A stretch of DNA of 64,000 bases. Source: Chamaesiphon sp. (GTDB lineage Bacteria; Cyanobacteriota; Cyanobacteriia; Cyanobacteriales; Chamaesiphonaceae). How positions within the stretch are numbered: the first letter of the stretch is position 1; the number at the start of each line of letters is the position of its first letter. Under the pieces are notes generated by a model that saw nothing but the letters and a program-made list of their open reading frames with translations, did not search any database and was not told the DNA's origin. A program made the position numbers and the translations under genes. Below are positions 49,898 to 60,870 of this stretch, in pieces. The DNA is taken from the NCBI GenBank assembly GCA_965246715.1, contig CBDFFH010000043.1, forward strand, positions 32,001-96,000, written 5' to 3'.

Positions 49898-51376
49898 TTA
49901 TCCTCTGGCCCCTGTCTCCAGCATCAATTTCGACTTTTTCACTCCATCGGGAATGTCTACGGGATAATCGCCTGTAAAACAAGCCGAACAGAAATTATTG
50001 GGGTCGCGCTCGGTAGCTGTTAACATTCCTTCCCAGGATAGATAAGCGAGCGTATCGACACCGATTTGCTCGGCGATCTCCGCTACGGATTTAGTTGCGG
50101 CAATGAGTTGATCCTGCGTATCGGTATCGATGCCATAAAAGCAAGGATGCGTCACTGGTGGCGACGAAATCCGCATGTGTATTTCGGTGGCCCCAGCATC
50201 CCGCAATGCTTTGACCAATTTACGACTGGTAGTACCCCGGACGATCGAGTCATCGATCACGATTACCCGTTTTCCTTTCAAGACATCGCGTAGCGGATTC
50301 AATTTCATCCGAATTCCGGCTTCGCGCATTTCCTGGGTGGGTTGAATGAATGTCCGCCCGACGTAACGATTTTTGATCAGACCTTCAGCATAGGGAATTT
50401 TTGATGCCTCTGAAAAACCGATCGCCGCAGGTATGCCCGAATCTGGTACGCCAATGACGATATCCGCCTCGTGGAATGATTCTTTGGCTAATTGTTTACC
50501 CAATCGCATCCGATAGCTATATAAGCTCTCCTCATTGACCCAGCTATCGGGGCGAGCAAAATAAATCATCTCAAAGATGCATAGTTTCGGCTGCGCTTTG
50601 GGTGCCCAGTCGATCGCCACGATCCCATCAGCATCGATCCACAATAGTTCGCCCGGCTTGACATCGCGTTCGTAGTCTGCTCCGATAATATCTAATGCAC
50701 AGGTCTCTGACGCGACCACATAATGACTCACATGGTCGGGCATAATCCCTAATACTAGTGGGCGAATGCCATTGGGATCGCGCACTGCCATAATGCCATC
50801 GGCGGTAGCAATTGTTAGACTAAACGCCCCTTTACACAGCTTACAGGCAGCGATCGTGGCTTCGATCCACCCTTTCCCGGTATTAACTTCTTCGGCAATG
50901 GCGATCGCAATCGCTTCTGAGTCGGTAGTCGTGTTGAGTTCGCACCCCTGCGCGACTAAATAGTCGCGCAGTTCGGTAGTGTTGACGAGATTGCCATTGT
51001 GTGCTAGTGCTAGTTGACCCAATCGCGTCTCGACGATCGCGGGTTGAGCATTGCAGCGCCGACTCGATCCGGTGGTCGAATAACGCGTGTGTCCGATCGC
51101 TAGCTGCCCAGGCAACCCCTCTAAAGTCTGGGGGCTAAACACCTGAGACACCAGCCCCATATCGCGATGTTCGTGTAGCTGCCTGCCATCAAAAGTGGCA
51201 ATTCCGGCAGATTCTTGGCCGCGATGTTGCAATGCGTACAAGCCAAAATAGGCCAGCTTTGCGACCTCTTGACCCGGCGCATAGATTCCAAACACGCCAC
51301 AGGCTTCTTCGGGTTTATCGACAGCGTTATCGTTATCGGCAGACAGATCGAGGGGTAAGTCGCAATCGGGAATCAT
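49898..51376 (-). CDS. purF: Amidophosphoribosyltransferase
   Basis: EEACGVFG, LQHRGQE, GHTRYST, IDDSIVRGTT. Confidence 0.97.
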   Translation of the reverse strand: MIPDCDLPLDLSADNDNAVDKPEEACGVFGIYAPGQEVAKLAYFGLYALQHRGQESAGIATFDGRQLHEHRDMGLVSQVFSPQTLEGLPGQLAIGHTRYSTTGSSRRCNAQPAIVETRLGQLALAHNGNLVNTTELRDYLVAQGCELNTTTDSEAIAIAIAEEVNTGKGWIEATIAACKLCKGAFSLTIATADGIMAVRDPNGIRPLVLGIMPDHVSHYVVASETCALDIIGADYERDVKPGELLWIDADGIVAIDWAPKAQPKLCIFEMIYFARPDSWVNEESLYSYRMRLGKQLAKESFHEADIVIGVPDSGIPAAIGFSEASKIPYAEGLIKNRYVGRTFIQPTQEMREAGIRMKLNPLRDVLKGKRVIVIDDSIVRGTTSRKLVKALRDAGATEIHMRISSPPVTHPCFYGIDTDTQDQLIAATKSVAEIAEQIGVDTLAYLSWEGMLTATERDPNNFCSACFTGDYPVDIPDGVKKSKLMLETGARG

Positions 51377-52122
51377 GGACGGTTAAGGTGGCGAAGGGTG
51401 GCTAAAATCATTGACTGGGGCGATGCTTTTTTGGATTACTTGAATAGATAAAAGTCTTAGTGTTATCTACTACTATGAGTTAGAAGCTATAGCATAACGC
51501 ATGTCTGTAGATAAACCTACACTGTCGATCGGTCGATCTCCGAACCCATAAATTTCGGTCGATTTTCATCGACCAAGCTTCGGTCAGGCACAGTTCGATC
51601 GATCCCAAATAAGTATTGTTGTCTTCAGCAACACTTACTAAAGTTAGCCAATTGCGACAGCCAGCTATTTACTTCAGCCTCGAAAATATAAAATACTTAA
51701 GAAATGCTTAACAATTCCTTAACAATAACATGAAATCTACCGCACCGGAATAGTCGATCGGGATGCCACTAAGATCTGCTGTAGTTACTTGCTCTACCTT
51801 ACAGTTTATGCCATTATTAGCGTGCAGTTAAATCCGATTGTCAGCAACTTTTGCTGCTACAGATGAATTCACTAACTCTCTCGATCTTGATTGGGAAAAG
51901 CACCCGATGCTGGTGTTCGCGTTGGCGAAGCCGCTGCCCGTGCAGAAGCGTTGGCATTGGCAAAAGCCGCTGCTAAGGAACTTAAGCCAGACCCGGATCG
52001 GATGCTCGGAAGGAGAATTGTCAGGCTCTATCCACGATGATACCCTATTAAACTATCGAGATCGGAACGCCTCACCCGATTGCCAATAACCGATCTCCGC
52101 ACCACCATAACCGCTAACTGTA

Positions 52123-53772
52123 ATGTCAAATTCCCCTCATTGGTTAGATCTGAGTGAATATCTAGCGATCGCTGTAGCAGTAGTAGGGGTAGTCGCCGCA
52201 GTCAATTCCTCAACCTGGAGCTATGCAGTAGTACCGTTACTAATTAGTACGGTTCTCAATGCGATCGCTCGCTGGCGAATGAACCAAAACCTGCGTCTGC
52301 GCGAGCGGACATTAGAGCGCAAACTAGAAGCCGAACTCCAACAGCAAGGGGAAGGCCTCCAGCAGGAAATCGCTCAAGCGCGGAGTTTTGCAACCGCTTT
52401 AGTCAAACAAACGATGGCAGCCCAAAAATCCGAACCGGCTGCCCTTGTTGCTGCAGAGCACCGCGAGGTCACCGCTTTAGAGCAGAAGTTTGACACGCAC
52501 AAGCAACTGATGCAGTCAATGCAAGAACATGTTGCTGGAGTCGAGGGCAGTTTGAAAGATGTGGTAGATTTGCTCGAAGGTACGGCCTTAAACGATCGCG
52601 TCGAGCATTTGGAGCGGCATCTGACGCTAATGTCGCAGCAATTAGGCTTCGAGCCGCTGGAAGTATCGGCTCGTGCAGATCGCAGTGTTGGTTTTGACGG
52701 TCGTGTCCAGATCCGAAGCGATCGAGACGAACCAGAAATCGATATTATGCCACTGTTAGATATGATCTCCGAAGACTTGATGTCTGGAGAATTAATTTCT
52801 GGCGATCTGACTTCTGGCGAATTAAGCGGCGATCTATGGTCGAAACCCACTTGGAATCTCCAGCAGACGATTAGTGCCCACAGCGACTGGGTCAGGTGCC
52901 TGAGCTTTACGCCTGATGGAGCCAAACTCGTCAGTGGCAGTTTTGACAAGACAATTAAATTGTGGCAATTAGATACTGGTGCGGTAATCCACACCCTCGC
53001 CGATCATCCGAAAGGGGTGTTTGCGCTAGCCGTAAGTCCCGATGGCAAGCTCCTCGCCAGTGGTAGTTGGGATGACACGATTAAATTATGGAATCTGGAA
53101 ACTGGTACTCTGCTCCACGATTTAATCAAGCACACGGCCTCTGTCCGTTCGCTGGCAATTAGTCCCGACAGTCAAACTTTAATTAGTGGCAGCTTCGATC
53201 GCACGATCGAGCTATGGCAGATCCCAGCAGGCGTGCCGAGACAAACGATTAGCGCGCGCGATCCGATCTCGGCAATTGCCCTCAGTGCCGATGGTAAATT
53301 TTTAGCGAGTACTGGGGATGACGGCAAAATCGAGCTATGGTCGATCGCTTCCGGTCGTCCGCTTGGCGTAGCGATCGGCAATAAACATTGTATCGGCTCT
53401 TTGGCCATCGGCCCCGACTCGCAAACGATCGCCGCAGGGACGGTCAATGGCTATGTTATCCTGTGGCAATTAGCAAATCTCGATGCAGATCGGCTGCAAC
53501 AAATCGAGCCGCTCCAGTCGATTAAAGCCCATGCAGGACAAATAAATGCTTGTGTGTTTAGCCCTGATGGTCGATACATCATTACTGGTAGCGTCGATGG
53601 CAAAGCCAAAGTGTGGTACAAAGGTGAAGATCTGAGCTTTCGGAACAAAGCCAGAAGCATTCTCAAAGGCGACCCCGGACGCTCGGTGATGTCTGTCGCG
53701 ATCGATACCGATGGTCGATTGATTGCCGTTGGTGGTGCTGATGGCACAATTCAAGTTTGGCAGCAATTATAA
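52123..53772 (+). CDS. Membrane-anchored coiled-coil WD40-repeat protein
   Basis: Two N-terminal TM helices, coiled coil, about seven WD40 repeats (SGSFDKTIKLW etc.). Confidence 0.88.
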   Translation: MSNSPHWLDLSEYLAIAVAVVGVVAAVNSSTWSYAVVPLLISTVLNAIARWRMNQNLRLRERTLERKLEAELQQQGEGLQQEIAQARSFATALVKQTMAAQKSEPAALVAAEHREVTALEQKFDTHKQLMQSMQEHVAGVEGSLKDVVDLLEGTALNDRVEHLERHLTLMSQQLGFEPLEVSARADRSVGFDGRVQIRSDRDEPEIDIMPLLDMISEDLMSGELISGDLTSGELSGDLWSKPTWNLQQTISAHSDWVRCLSFTPDGAKLVSGSFDKTIKLWQLDTGAVIHTLADHPKGVFALAVSPDGKLLASGSWDDTIKLWNLETGTLLHDLIKHTASVRSLAISPDSQTLISGSFDRTIELWQIPAGVPRQTISARDPISAIALSADGKFLASTGDDGKIELWSIASGRPLGVAIGNKHCIGSLAIGPDSQTIAAGTVNGYVILWQLANLDADRLQQIEPLQSIKAHAGQINACVFSPDGRYIITGSVDGKAKVWYKGEDLSFRNKARSILKGDPGRSVMSVAIDTDGRLIAVGGADGTIQVWQQL

Positions 53773-53909
53773 TACAATCTTATTTGATTGCAAATTAGAT
53801 TGTAAAGTAAATTACTTGTTGCCGATTGATAAATATTAGGGAATAATTACAATACCGAGACAGTTGCATTAACCTTTGTAAAATAAGTCAATTTTCAATA
53901 TCTTAAATT

Positions 53910-54845
53910 ATGCGAATTTTAGTTACCGGTGGTGCTGGGTTTATTGGTTCTCATCTGATCGATCGCTTAATTCAAGAGGGACATGATGTGATCTGCTTGG
54001 ATAACTTTTATACAGGGACTAAGCGTAATATCCACAAATGGTTAGATTGTCCTCAATTTGAATCGATCCGGCATGATATTACTGAGCCAATTCGCTTAGA
54101 AGTAGATCGAATTTATCATTTAGCCTGCCCAGCATCGCCAGTTCACTATCAATATAATCCGATCAAAACCACTAAGGTAAGCTTTCTCGGGACATCGAAT
54201 ATGTTAGGGCTTGCCAAACGTGTGAAAGCGCGGATCTTACTCGCTTCAACTTCCGAAGTTTATGGCGATCCTGACGTGCATCCGCAGCCAGAAGAATATC
54301 ATGGCAATGTCAATCCGATCGGCATCAGATCCTGCTATGACGAAGGCAAGCGCATTGCTGAAACGCTGGCATTCGACTACCATCGCCAGCATGATGTCGC
54401 AATTCGCGTCGCGCGCATCTTTAATACTTACGGCCCGAGAATGCTCGAAAACGACGGTCGAGTAGTCAGCAATTTTATCGCTCAGTCTTTGCAAGGAAAA
54501 CCATTAACTGTCTATGGTGAAGGAAATCAAACTCGCAGTTTCTGTTACGTTAGCGATTTAGTTGACGGATTGATGAAATTAATGGAAAGCGATCGCACCG
54601 GGCCGATTAATTTGGGAAATCCTGAAGAATATACCATTCTCGAACTCGCTCAAAAAGTTCGCGATAAAATTGCCCCCGATCGCGAAATCATCTTTAAGCC
54701 ATTACCTCAAGACGATCCCAAACAGCGGAAGCCAGATATTACTAAAGCTAAAAATTGGCTGGGTTGGCAACCGACTATTTCGCTAGAGGCAGGTTTAACC
54801 GAAACAATCGCTGAATTCAAACAAAGACTTGCGTTAAGCGTCTGA
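53910..54845 (+). CDS. uxs: UDP-glucuronate decarboxylase (UDP-xylose synthase)
   Basis: [37 protein letters not shown]. Confidence 0.9.
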   Translation: MRILVTGGAGFIGSHLIDRLIQEGHDVICLDNFYTGTKRNIHKWLDCPQFESIRHDITEPIRLEVDRIYHLACPASPVHYQYNPIKTTKVSFLGTSNMLGLAKRVKARILLASTSEVYGDPDVHPQPEEYHGNVNPIGIRSCYDEGKRIAETLAFDYHRQHDVAIRVARIFNTYGPRMLENDGRVVSNFIAQSLQGKPLTVYGEGNQTRSFCYVSDLVDGLMKLMESDRTGPINLGNPEEYTILELAQKVRDKIAPDREIIFKPLPQDDPKQRKPDITKAKNWLGWQPTISLEAGLTETIAEFKQRLALSV

Positions 54846-54930
54846 CAAAATTTCGAGCGATCGCTCGAAAAAGATCTTTTCTAAGCTTAAATCTAAGTAA
54901 TATAACTGATAAATTGGGAGAGAATTAAAC

Positions 54931-56322
54931 ATGCGAGTTTGTACGATCGGTACTGGTTATGTAGGTCTAGTCACCGGGGCTTGTTTGGCACATGTCGGGC
55001 ACGATGTAATGTGCGTAGATAATAATCCCGCGAAAGTAGAATTGATGAAATCTGGGGTATCGCCAATCTACGAGCCAGGTTTGTCGGAAATTATGCAGTC
55101 GGCAATGTCATCTGGCAAACTGACATTTACGACAGATCTGGCGGCGGGAGTGGCACATGGCGAAATTTTGTTTATTGCTGTCGGTACGCCACCACTCCCC
55201 AATGGCTCTAGTGATACTCAATACGTCGAAGCTGTTGCCCGAGGCATCGGTCAACATCTCAATGGCGAGTATAAGGTGATCGTGAATAAGTCTACCGTAC
55301 CGATCGGCTCTGGCGACTGGGTGAAAATGCTCGTGATGGATGGTGTGGCCGCCCGGACCAAGCAACCGAGCTTGGTTGGTGCTGGTGGTGGCGATCTGCA
55401 ATCCGCATTTACAGCTAAGTTTGATGTCGTCAGCAATCCTGAATTCTTGCGCGAGGGTTCGGCAATCTACGATACGCTCAATCCAGATCGGATTGTCTTG
55501 GGTAGCAATAACCAGCAAGCGATCGATTTGATGATCGAGTTATACGCACCAATTATCGATCGGGAATACGCCGAAGATCGGCAGATGCCCCCTGTTAATT
55601 TGTTGACCACAGATTTGGGTTCGGCGGAGATGATCAAGTATGCTGCCAATGCGTTCTTGGCGACGAAGATTAGTTTCATCAATGAGATTGCCAATATCTG
55701 CGAACGCGTCGGTGCTGATGTTACTCAAGTTGCGACGGGTATTGGTTTGGACTCGCGGATTGGGAATAAATTTCTCAATGCTGGGATCGGTTGGGGCGGA
55801 TCTTGTTTTCCGAAAGATTTAGCGGCACTAATTCACACTGGTGCGGATTATGGCTATGATGCGCGCTTGCTCAAAGCAACCGTCAGCGTCAATCACCAGC
55901 AACGGACGCTGGTGATTCAAAAATTGCAAAATTCGCTAAAAATTCTCAAAGGCAAAACGATCGGTCTGTTAGGGTTGACATTCAAACCCGATACTGATGA
56001 TTTGCGCGATGCACCAGCACTTGATATAATTCAGAAATTAATCGAGCTTGGTGCTAAGGTTAAAGCCTACGATCCGATTATTTCGGCTGGTTCGGGCATC
56101 CACTCACAATTAGCAGATGTCAATCTAGTCGCTAGCCCCAATTTACTCGCAGAAGACAGCGATGCGTTGGTTTTAATGACAGAGTGGGCGGAGTTTCAAC
56201 AGCTAAATTATCAAGAACTCGCACAGCTGATGCGCTCTCCGATCGCGATCGATTGTCGGAATTTCCTCTCAGCGACAGACCTCCGCGCTGCTGGTTTCCA
56301 CTATATCGGCATCGGTTGTTAA
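54931..56322 (+). CDS. ugd: UDP-glucose 6-dehydrogenase
   Basis: GTGYVG, KSTVP, SNPEFLREG, GGSCFPKD, FKPDTDDLR. Confidence 0.95.
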   Translation: MRVCTIGTGYVGLVTGACLAHVGHDVMCVDNNPAKVELMKSGVSPIYEPGLSEIMQSAMSSGKLTFTTDLAAGVAHGEILFIAVGTPPLPNGSSDTQYVEAVARGIGQHLNGEYKVIVNKSTVPIGSGDWVKMLVMDGVAARTKQPSLVGAGGGDLQSAFTAKFDVVSNPEFLREGSAIYDTLNPDRIVLGSNNQQAIDLMIELYAPIIDREYAEDRQMPPVNLLTTDLGSAEMIKYAANAFLATKISFINEIANICERVGADVTQVATGIGLDSRIGNKFLNAGIGWGGSCFPKDLAALIHTGADYGYDARLLKATVSVNHQQRTLVIQKLQNSLKILKGKTIGLLGLTFKPDTDDLRDAPALDIIQKLIELGAKVKAYDPIISAGSGIHSQLADVNLVASPNLLAEDSDALVLMTEWAEFQQLNYQELAQLMRSPIAIDCRNFLSATDLRAAGFHYIGIGC

Positions 56323-56565
56323 TCGACCAGAACTGACACCAACAGGAATTCCGAATGATTCGAAATTCCGTTGAAATTACTAAACAATTATTTTAAGTAT
56401 GGCGATCGATGGATTCGCTCTGCGATCTCAAACTGGCACAAATGCAATTTTAATTGAGTCAATTCTCATACATATAACATTCTATAATCCTTCAGTCGAC
56501 ATTCCTTCAGCCATTTGGCGGTTCGTCATCCAATCTTATCTATTATCAACAAATAGTCTCCTAAT

Positions 56566-58920
56566 ATGAAAGACAGCTTTCCCGAGTTTAATAATCCTAG
56601 ACTAATGCTGTCGCCTGATGCGGTGACAAATCGGTCGAGTGGCTTTGGCCAAGACCGCCCAGATGAGGGGATTGGCTTGAATGTCATGCTCAACGGCTTA
56701 CGCAAATACTGGTATGCTTCGGTGCTAACCACCGCGTTGATGATGGGCGTTATCGGTTATGTCACTTGGAAGCAAGTCCGCATCTATCGATCGGCAGTGC
56801 AAATCTCGGTCGACTTAAAGGGTGGTTCTAGTTTTGCCGAAAAAATGGCTGGTGGGGTTGACAGTAACGGACAATCTGAAGATCGAGCGATTGCGATCGA
56901 GACGATCGTGCAATCATTGCGTAGTAAAAGCATGATCGAAAAAGCGATTGCGACAATTTCCGATCCCAAATCGAAACCATCAGTCGCACAAGTCCTCACC
57001 GGACTGAGAATTCAAGCTAAACCAGATAGTAACGTGCTTACCATCAGCTACACGGCGCTATCGCCTGATGAAATTGTCAACGTCCTCAATGCCTTGAGTA
57101 AAGTCTACGTTGACTATAGTATTCAGGCTAAGAAAGCGCGGACGAATAACTCGATCGAATTTATCGAATCGCAGTTACCCGCTTCTCGCAAGCGATTGGA
57201 AAATTCAGCCTCCCAGATCGAACAATTTCGGATTAAATATCGGTTTGTAGATCCCGCGACTTCCGCCACTGCCCTCGATGGCTATCGACAAGGTATTGTT
57301 GCCAAGTTGAACGAATCCCGTTCGGCGTACTATCAAACCCAACAAGAATATCAAGAACTAAAGAAACAACTCGAATCCGTCGGCTTAAAATCCAATGGCA
57401 ACTTGAGCACGACCATGCTCACTCAAGATGCTGCTTATCAACAGCTATTCGCACAACTCAAAGAGCTAGAACTCAAGTATAACCAGGAAAGTGTCAGATT
57501 CAGCCCGACCAATCCGCTGATCGTTAGCCTCAAGGAAAAACGCGATGGCGTATTGGTATTACTCCGCACGCGGGCGCAACAAGTGCTCAAAAGGCAAGTA
57601 GCCGATAACGAACTCACTCAAGGCGGTATTGCTAACTTTAGCAACAATCTTGCCCAAACTTTCGCTAACAAGCAAGTCGAGTTAGAAACTCGCTTAGTCG
57701 CTCAAACAGCTCAGTCTCAGGGTTTAGAAGCAGTTTATCAGCAGGTTCAAACCCAGATCGCGCAATTACCAGGATTGCAAAAACAATACACCGAGATGCA
57801 ACGCGAATACCAGATTGCTTCCCAAGAACTCACCGCATTTCTGCAAAAAGTTCAAGAATTAAAAATCGTCAATGCCGAGCAGGTGGTGCCGTGGAAGTTG
57901 CTCGATCCCCCAGAATATCCCCGATTTCCAGTGTCGCCAGATGTACCGCGCCAAATGGGGCTAGGTGCGATCGGGAGTTTATTGGCTGGCGTGCTAGTAT
58001 CGGTGGGATTGAATAAGCTCGACGATCGAGTGGATAATCCCGATACGGTCAAATCGATGACCGGAATGCCGATCCTATCGTTGATTCCCAAAGTAGATGA
58101 TTTAGACCAGTCTTCATCGATGCGCGGCAGCAATTTCCTCCAAACGACTAAAGGTAAGCATAAAGATTATTCTTATTGGAGCTTTGTTGAATCGATCCGC
58201 ACACTCGCACTCGGGATCGGGTTGACCAGCGATCGTGGAGATGAGAAGAAATCCGGTAAAATTATTGCCATGACTTCCTCGTTACCCAAAGAAGGGAAGT
58301 CGACGATCGCTTTTCATACTGCCAATACACTCGCGGAATTAGGTTATCGCGTCTTGTTGATCGATGCTGATATGCACAAATCGACGATCGCCCAATTGTG
58401 TGCTACTTCACCCTTATTCAATCGCGAAGATTGTGACGAATCTGCTGGATTGAGCGATGCCATCGTGGGTAATCGGGAGTGGCAAGATTTAGTCAAAGTC
58501 AGCCCCGAGTCAAAATTAGAGGTGCTATTTTCCGGACAACAAACTGTTAGTTCGATCGTGCTATTTAATTCACCTCGATTGTTACGTCTGATGGTAGAGT
58601 GGCGTAAGGAGTATGATTACGTCCTGTTCGATACCCCACCGATTGTTGGTGTGAGCGATACCAGATTGCTTGCTAGTTTAGTTGATGGACTAGTATATAT
58701 TGTTAGCTTAAATGTCGCTCAAAAACAGATTATCGATCGCGGTATCGATATTATTTCTTCACTAAAAACTCCCGTTCTGGGATTGGCAATCAACCGAGTC
58801 GAAAATCATTATTCTGGTTACAACAAGTATTACCAGTATTATCAATCGTCTCACGATTTACACGACAGAACTACCAAACCGAAAGCCATCGATCCTGAAA
58901 AGCAAGGTGTTGAGGTTTAA
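56566..58920 (+). CDS. wzc: Polysaccharide co-polymerase / BY-kinase
   Basis: Two TM helices, coiled coil, Walker A PKEGKST, DTPP, C-terminal Tyr cluster YSGYNKYYQYY. Confidence 0.9.
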   Translation: MKDSFPEFNNPRLMLSPDAVTNRSSGFGQDRPDEGIGLNVMLNGLRKYWYASVLTTALMMGVIGYVTWKQVRIYRSAVQISVDLKGGSSFAEKMAGGVDSNGQSEDRAIAIETIVQSLRSKSMIEKAIATISDPKSKPSVAQVLTGLRIQAKPDSNVLTISYTALSPDEIVNVLNALSKVYVDYSIQAKKARTNNSIEFIESQLPASRKRLENSASQIEQFRIKYRFVDPATSATALDGYRQGIVAKLNESRSAYYQTQQEYQELKKQLESVGLKSNGNLSTTMLTQDAAYQQLFAQLKELELKYNQESVRFSPTNPLIVSLKEKRDGVLVLLRTRAQQVLKRQVADNELTQGGIANFSNNLAQTFANKQVELETRLVAQTAQSQGLEAVYQQVQTQIAQLPGLQKQYTEMQREYQIASQELTAFLQKVQELKIVNAEQVVPWKLLDPPEYPRFPVSPDVPRQMGLGAIGSLLAGVLVSVGLNKLDDRVDNPDTVKSMTGMPILSLIPKVDDLDQSSSMRGSNFLQTTKGKHKDYSYWSFVESIRTLALGIGLTSDRGDEKKSGKIIAMTSSLPKEGKSTIAFHTANTLAELGYRVLLIDADMHKSTIAQLCATSPLFNREDCDESAGLSDAIVGNREWQDLVKVSPESKLEVLFSGQQTVSSIVLFNSPRLLRLMVEWRKEYDYVLFDTPPIVGVSDTRLLASLVDGLVYIVSLNVAQKQIIDRGIDIISSLKTPVLGLAINRVENHYSGYNKYYQYYQSSHDLHDRTTKPKAIDPEKQGVEV

Positions 58921-58990
58921 CTCGATCGCGAACGCTCGGGGCAAGTCGCTAACCAAACTCAGTCCCGATCTGCGCTTAACCATCGCTAGT

Positions 58991-59602
58991 TTATAAGTTC
59001 CCAAAGTATTCTTTGGATTTGACCGGATCGGGATTCATTGTTTTAGTTCCTGGTTGCCAATCAGCGGGACAAACTTCATTTGGATTGGCTTGAACGTGTT
59101 GAATTGCTTGCAGTACTCGCAATGTTTCATCGACACTGCGACCGAAAGATAGATTGTTGACGGTAGCGTATTGTAGGACACCCAGTCGATCGATAATAAA
59201 TAACCCACGCAAAGCAGTCCCTGCAGCCGGATCTAGTACATTATAAGCTGCGCTAATTTCTTTTCGAAGGTCGGATACCAGTGGAAAATTAATGTCTCCT
59301 AATCCGCCGAATTTGCGCTCGGTTTCAATCCAAGCTAAGTGGGAAAATTCACTATCGACAGAAACAGCTAAAACATCGGTATTTAATACTTGAAATTCTG
59401 CAAAGCGATCGCTAAAAGCAATAATTTCTGTCGGGCAAACAAAAGTAAAATCTAATGGATAAAAAAACAGTACGACATATTTACGATGACTAGATAGTTT
59501 GACTTGTTTGAACTGGCGATCGACCACCGCAGTTGCGACAAAATCTGGTGCAACTTGTCCGACTCTCAAGCAGTTGCCTTCATCGGTATAATTATTCATC
59601 AT
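58991..59602 (-). CDS. 2-Cys peroxiredoxin (AhpC/TSA)
   Basis: [13 protein letters not shown] and EVCP. Confidence 0.95.
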   Translation of the reverse strand: MMNNYTDEGNCLRVGQVAPDFVATAVVDRQFKQVKLSSHRKYVVLFFYPLDFTFVCPTEIIAFSDRFAEFQVLNTDVLAVSVDSEFSHLAWIETERKFGGLGDINFPLVSDLRKEISAAYNVLDPAAGTALRGLFIIDRLGVLQYATVNNLSFGRSVDETLRVLQAIQHVQANPNEVCPADWQPGTKTMNPDPVKSKEYFGNL

Positions 59603-59768
59603 AAGCTTGTGTTTGAGTGCGAGTGGCTGACTGAGATTTGAGCTTATTTACCACCCTCGGTAACTATCTATTATAAGCAACTTAGCTGGGTGTAAGAGGT
59701 GCCTAAATCCAAAAATGTTCGCCACGAACGTGTAATAATGTATCCAAAATCCATAATTGTTGGCGAGC

Positions 59769-60527
59769 ATGGGTCTTTTCACACAGCTATCATTACTAGT
59801 CACAGATCTCGATCGGACCCTAGTTGGCAATGACGAATCGCTGGAGCGACTCAATCAACTACTCGATCGCTATCGTCAAACTTATGGCACGAAAATCGTC
59901 TATGCCACAGGTAGATCGCGCGAGTCTTATCACGAACTCTTAACAACTCAACAACTGCTAGTTCCCGATGCACTGATCGCTGCTGTTGGTACCGAAATTT
60001 ATCTAGAAGGGATGGCGACTCCCGATCCGGATTGGGCAGATAAGCTCAGTCTCAATTGGCAGCAGGAGCGGATTATCGCGATCGCCAGTCAATTTGCTGA
60101 TTTAGATCTCCAACCCTCTGCCGAACAACGTCCCTTTAAAGTTAGCTATTATCTGTCGACAAGCGTTGCTGGGGCAGTATTGCCGCAATTACAAGAGCTA
60201 TATAAACAACAACAACTTGATGTCGAAATTATTTATAGTGGTAGTAAAGACTTAGACATTTTGCCTAGGGGTGGGGATAAAGGAACAGCAGTACAATTTT
60301 TGCGCGAGCGTTGGCAGATCGACGCAGCCCAAACCGTCGTCTGTGGCGATTCTGGAAATGATATTTCGCTGTTCGAATACGGTTGCGAACGCGGCATCAT
60401 CGTGGGTAATTCTCAGCCAGAACTCCGGTTGTGGCATGAATTGCACCCAGTCGCGCATCATTACCTCGCCGTTGCTGGGTATGCTGAGGGTATTTTGGAG
60501 GGATTACAATATTTCCGCTTTGTCTAA
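59769..60527 (+). CDS. spp: Sucrose-phosphate phosphatase
   Basis: TDLDRTLVG, YATGRS, EQRPFKVS, VCGDSGND. Confidence 0.9.
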   Translation: MGLFTQLSLLVTDLDRTLVGNDESLERLNQLLDRYRQTYGTKIVYATGRSRESYHELLTTQQLLVPDALIAAVGTEIYLEGMATPDPDWADKLSLNWQQERIIAIASQFADLDLQPSAEQRPFKVSYYLSTSVAGAVLPQLQELYKQQQLDVEIIYSGSKDLDILPRGGDKGTAVQFLRERWQIDAAQTVVCGDSGNDISLFEYGCERGIIVGNSQPELRLWHELHPVAHHYLAVAGYAEGILEGLQYFRFV

Positions 60528-60870
60528 TCGATCGACTACACATTCTTATCCCGTTAGGAGCGGGTAATTATGATTCCTGATTTTCGGTCTCGCTCATACT
60601 CATATCTGGAGATTTCCAGGGATCTCGATCGCGCTAATATTTATAAATGTTATCGGCTGCTGCGATCCTGATGTAATTTACCAGCCGCTCTCCAGCGCGA
60701 TCGTGGCACCAGTGATGGTCATCAGATAGTTACATCTATTAAAGATTTTGCAGTTACCTCTTGACAAAATGAAAAATATACTCCAACTTGACTGAGTAGT
60801 GGTTGTTTTAAACTAGCACCATTCCAGCCAGATTTTACCCACGAATTCCTGACGACCTCAAGCCGATCCT

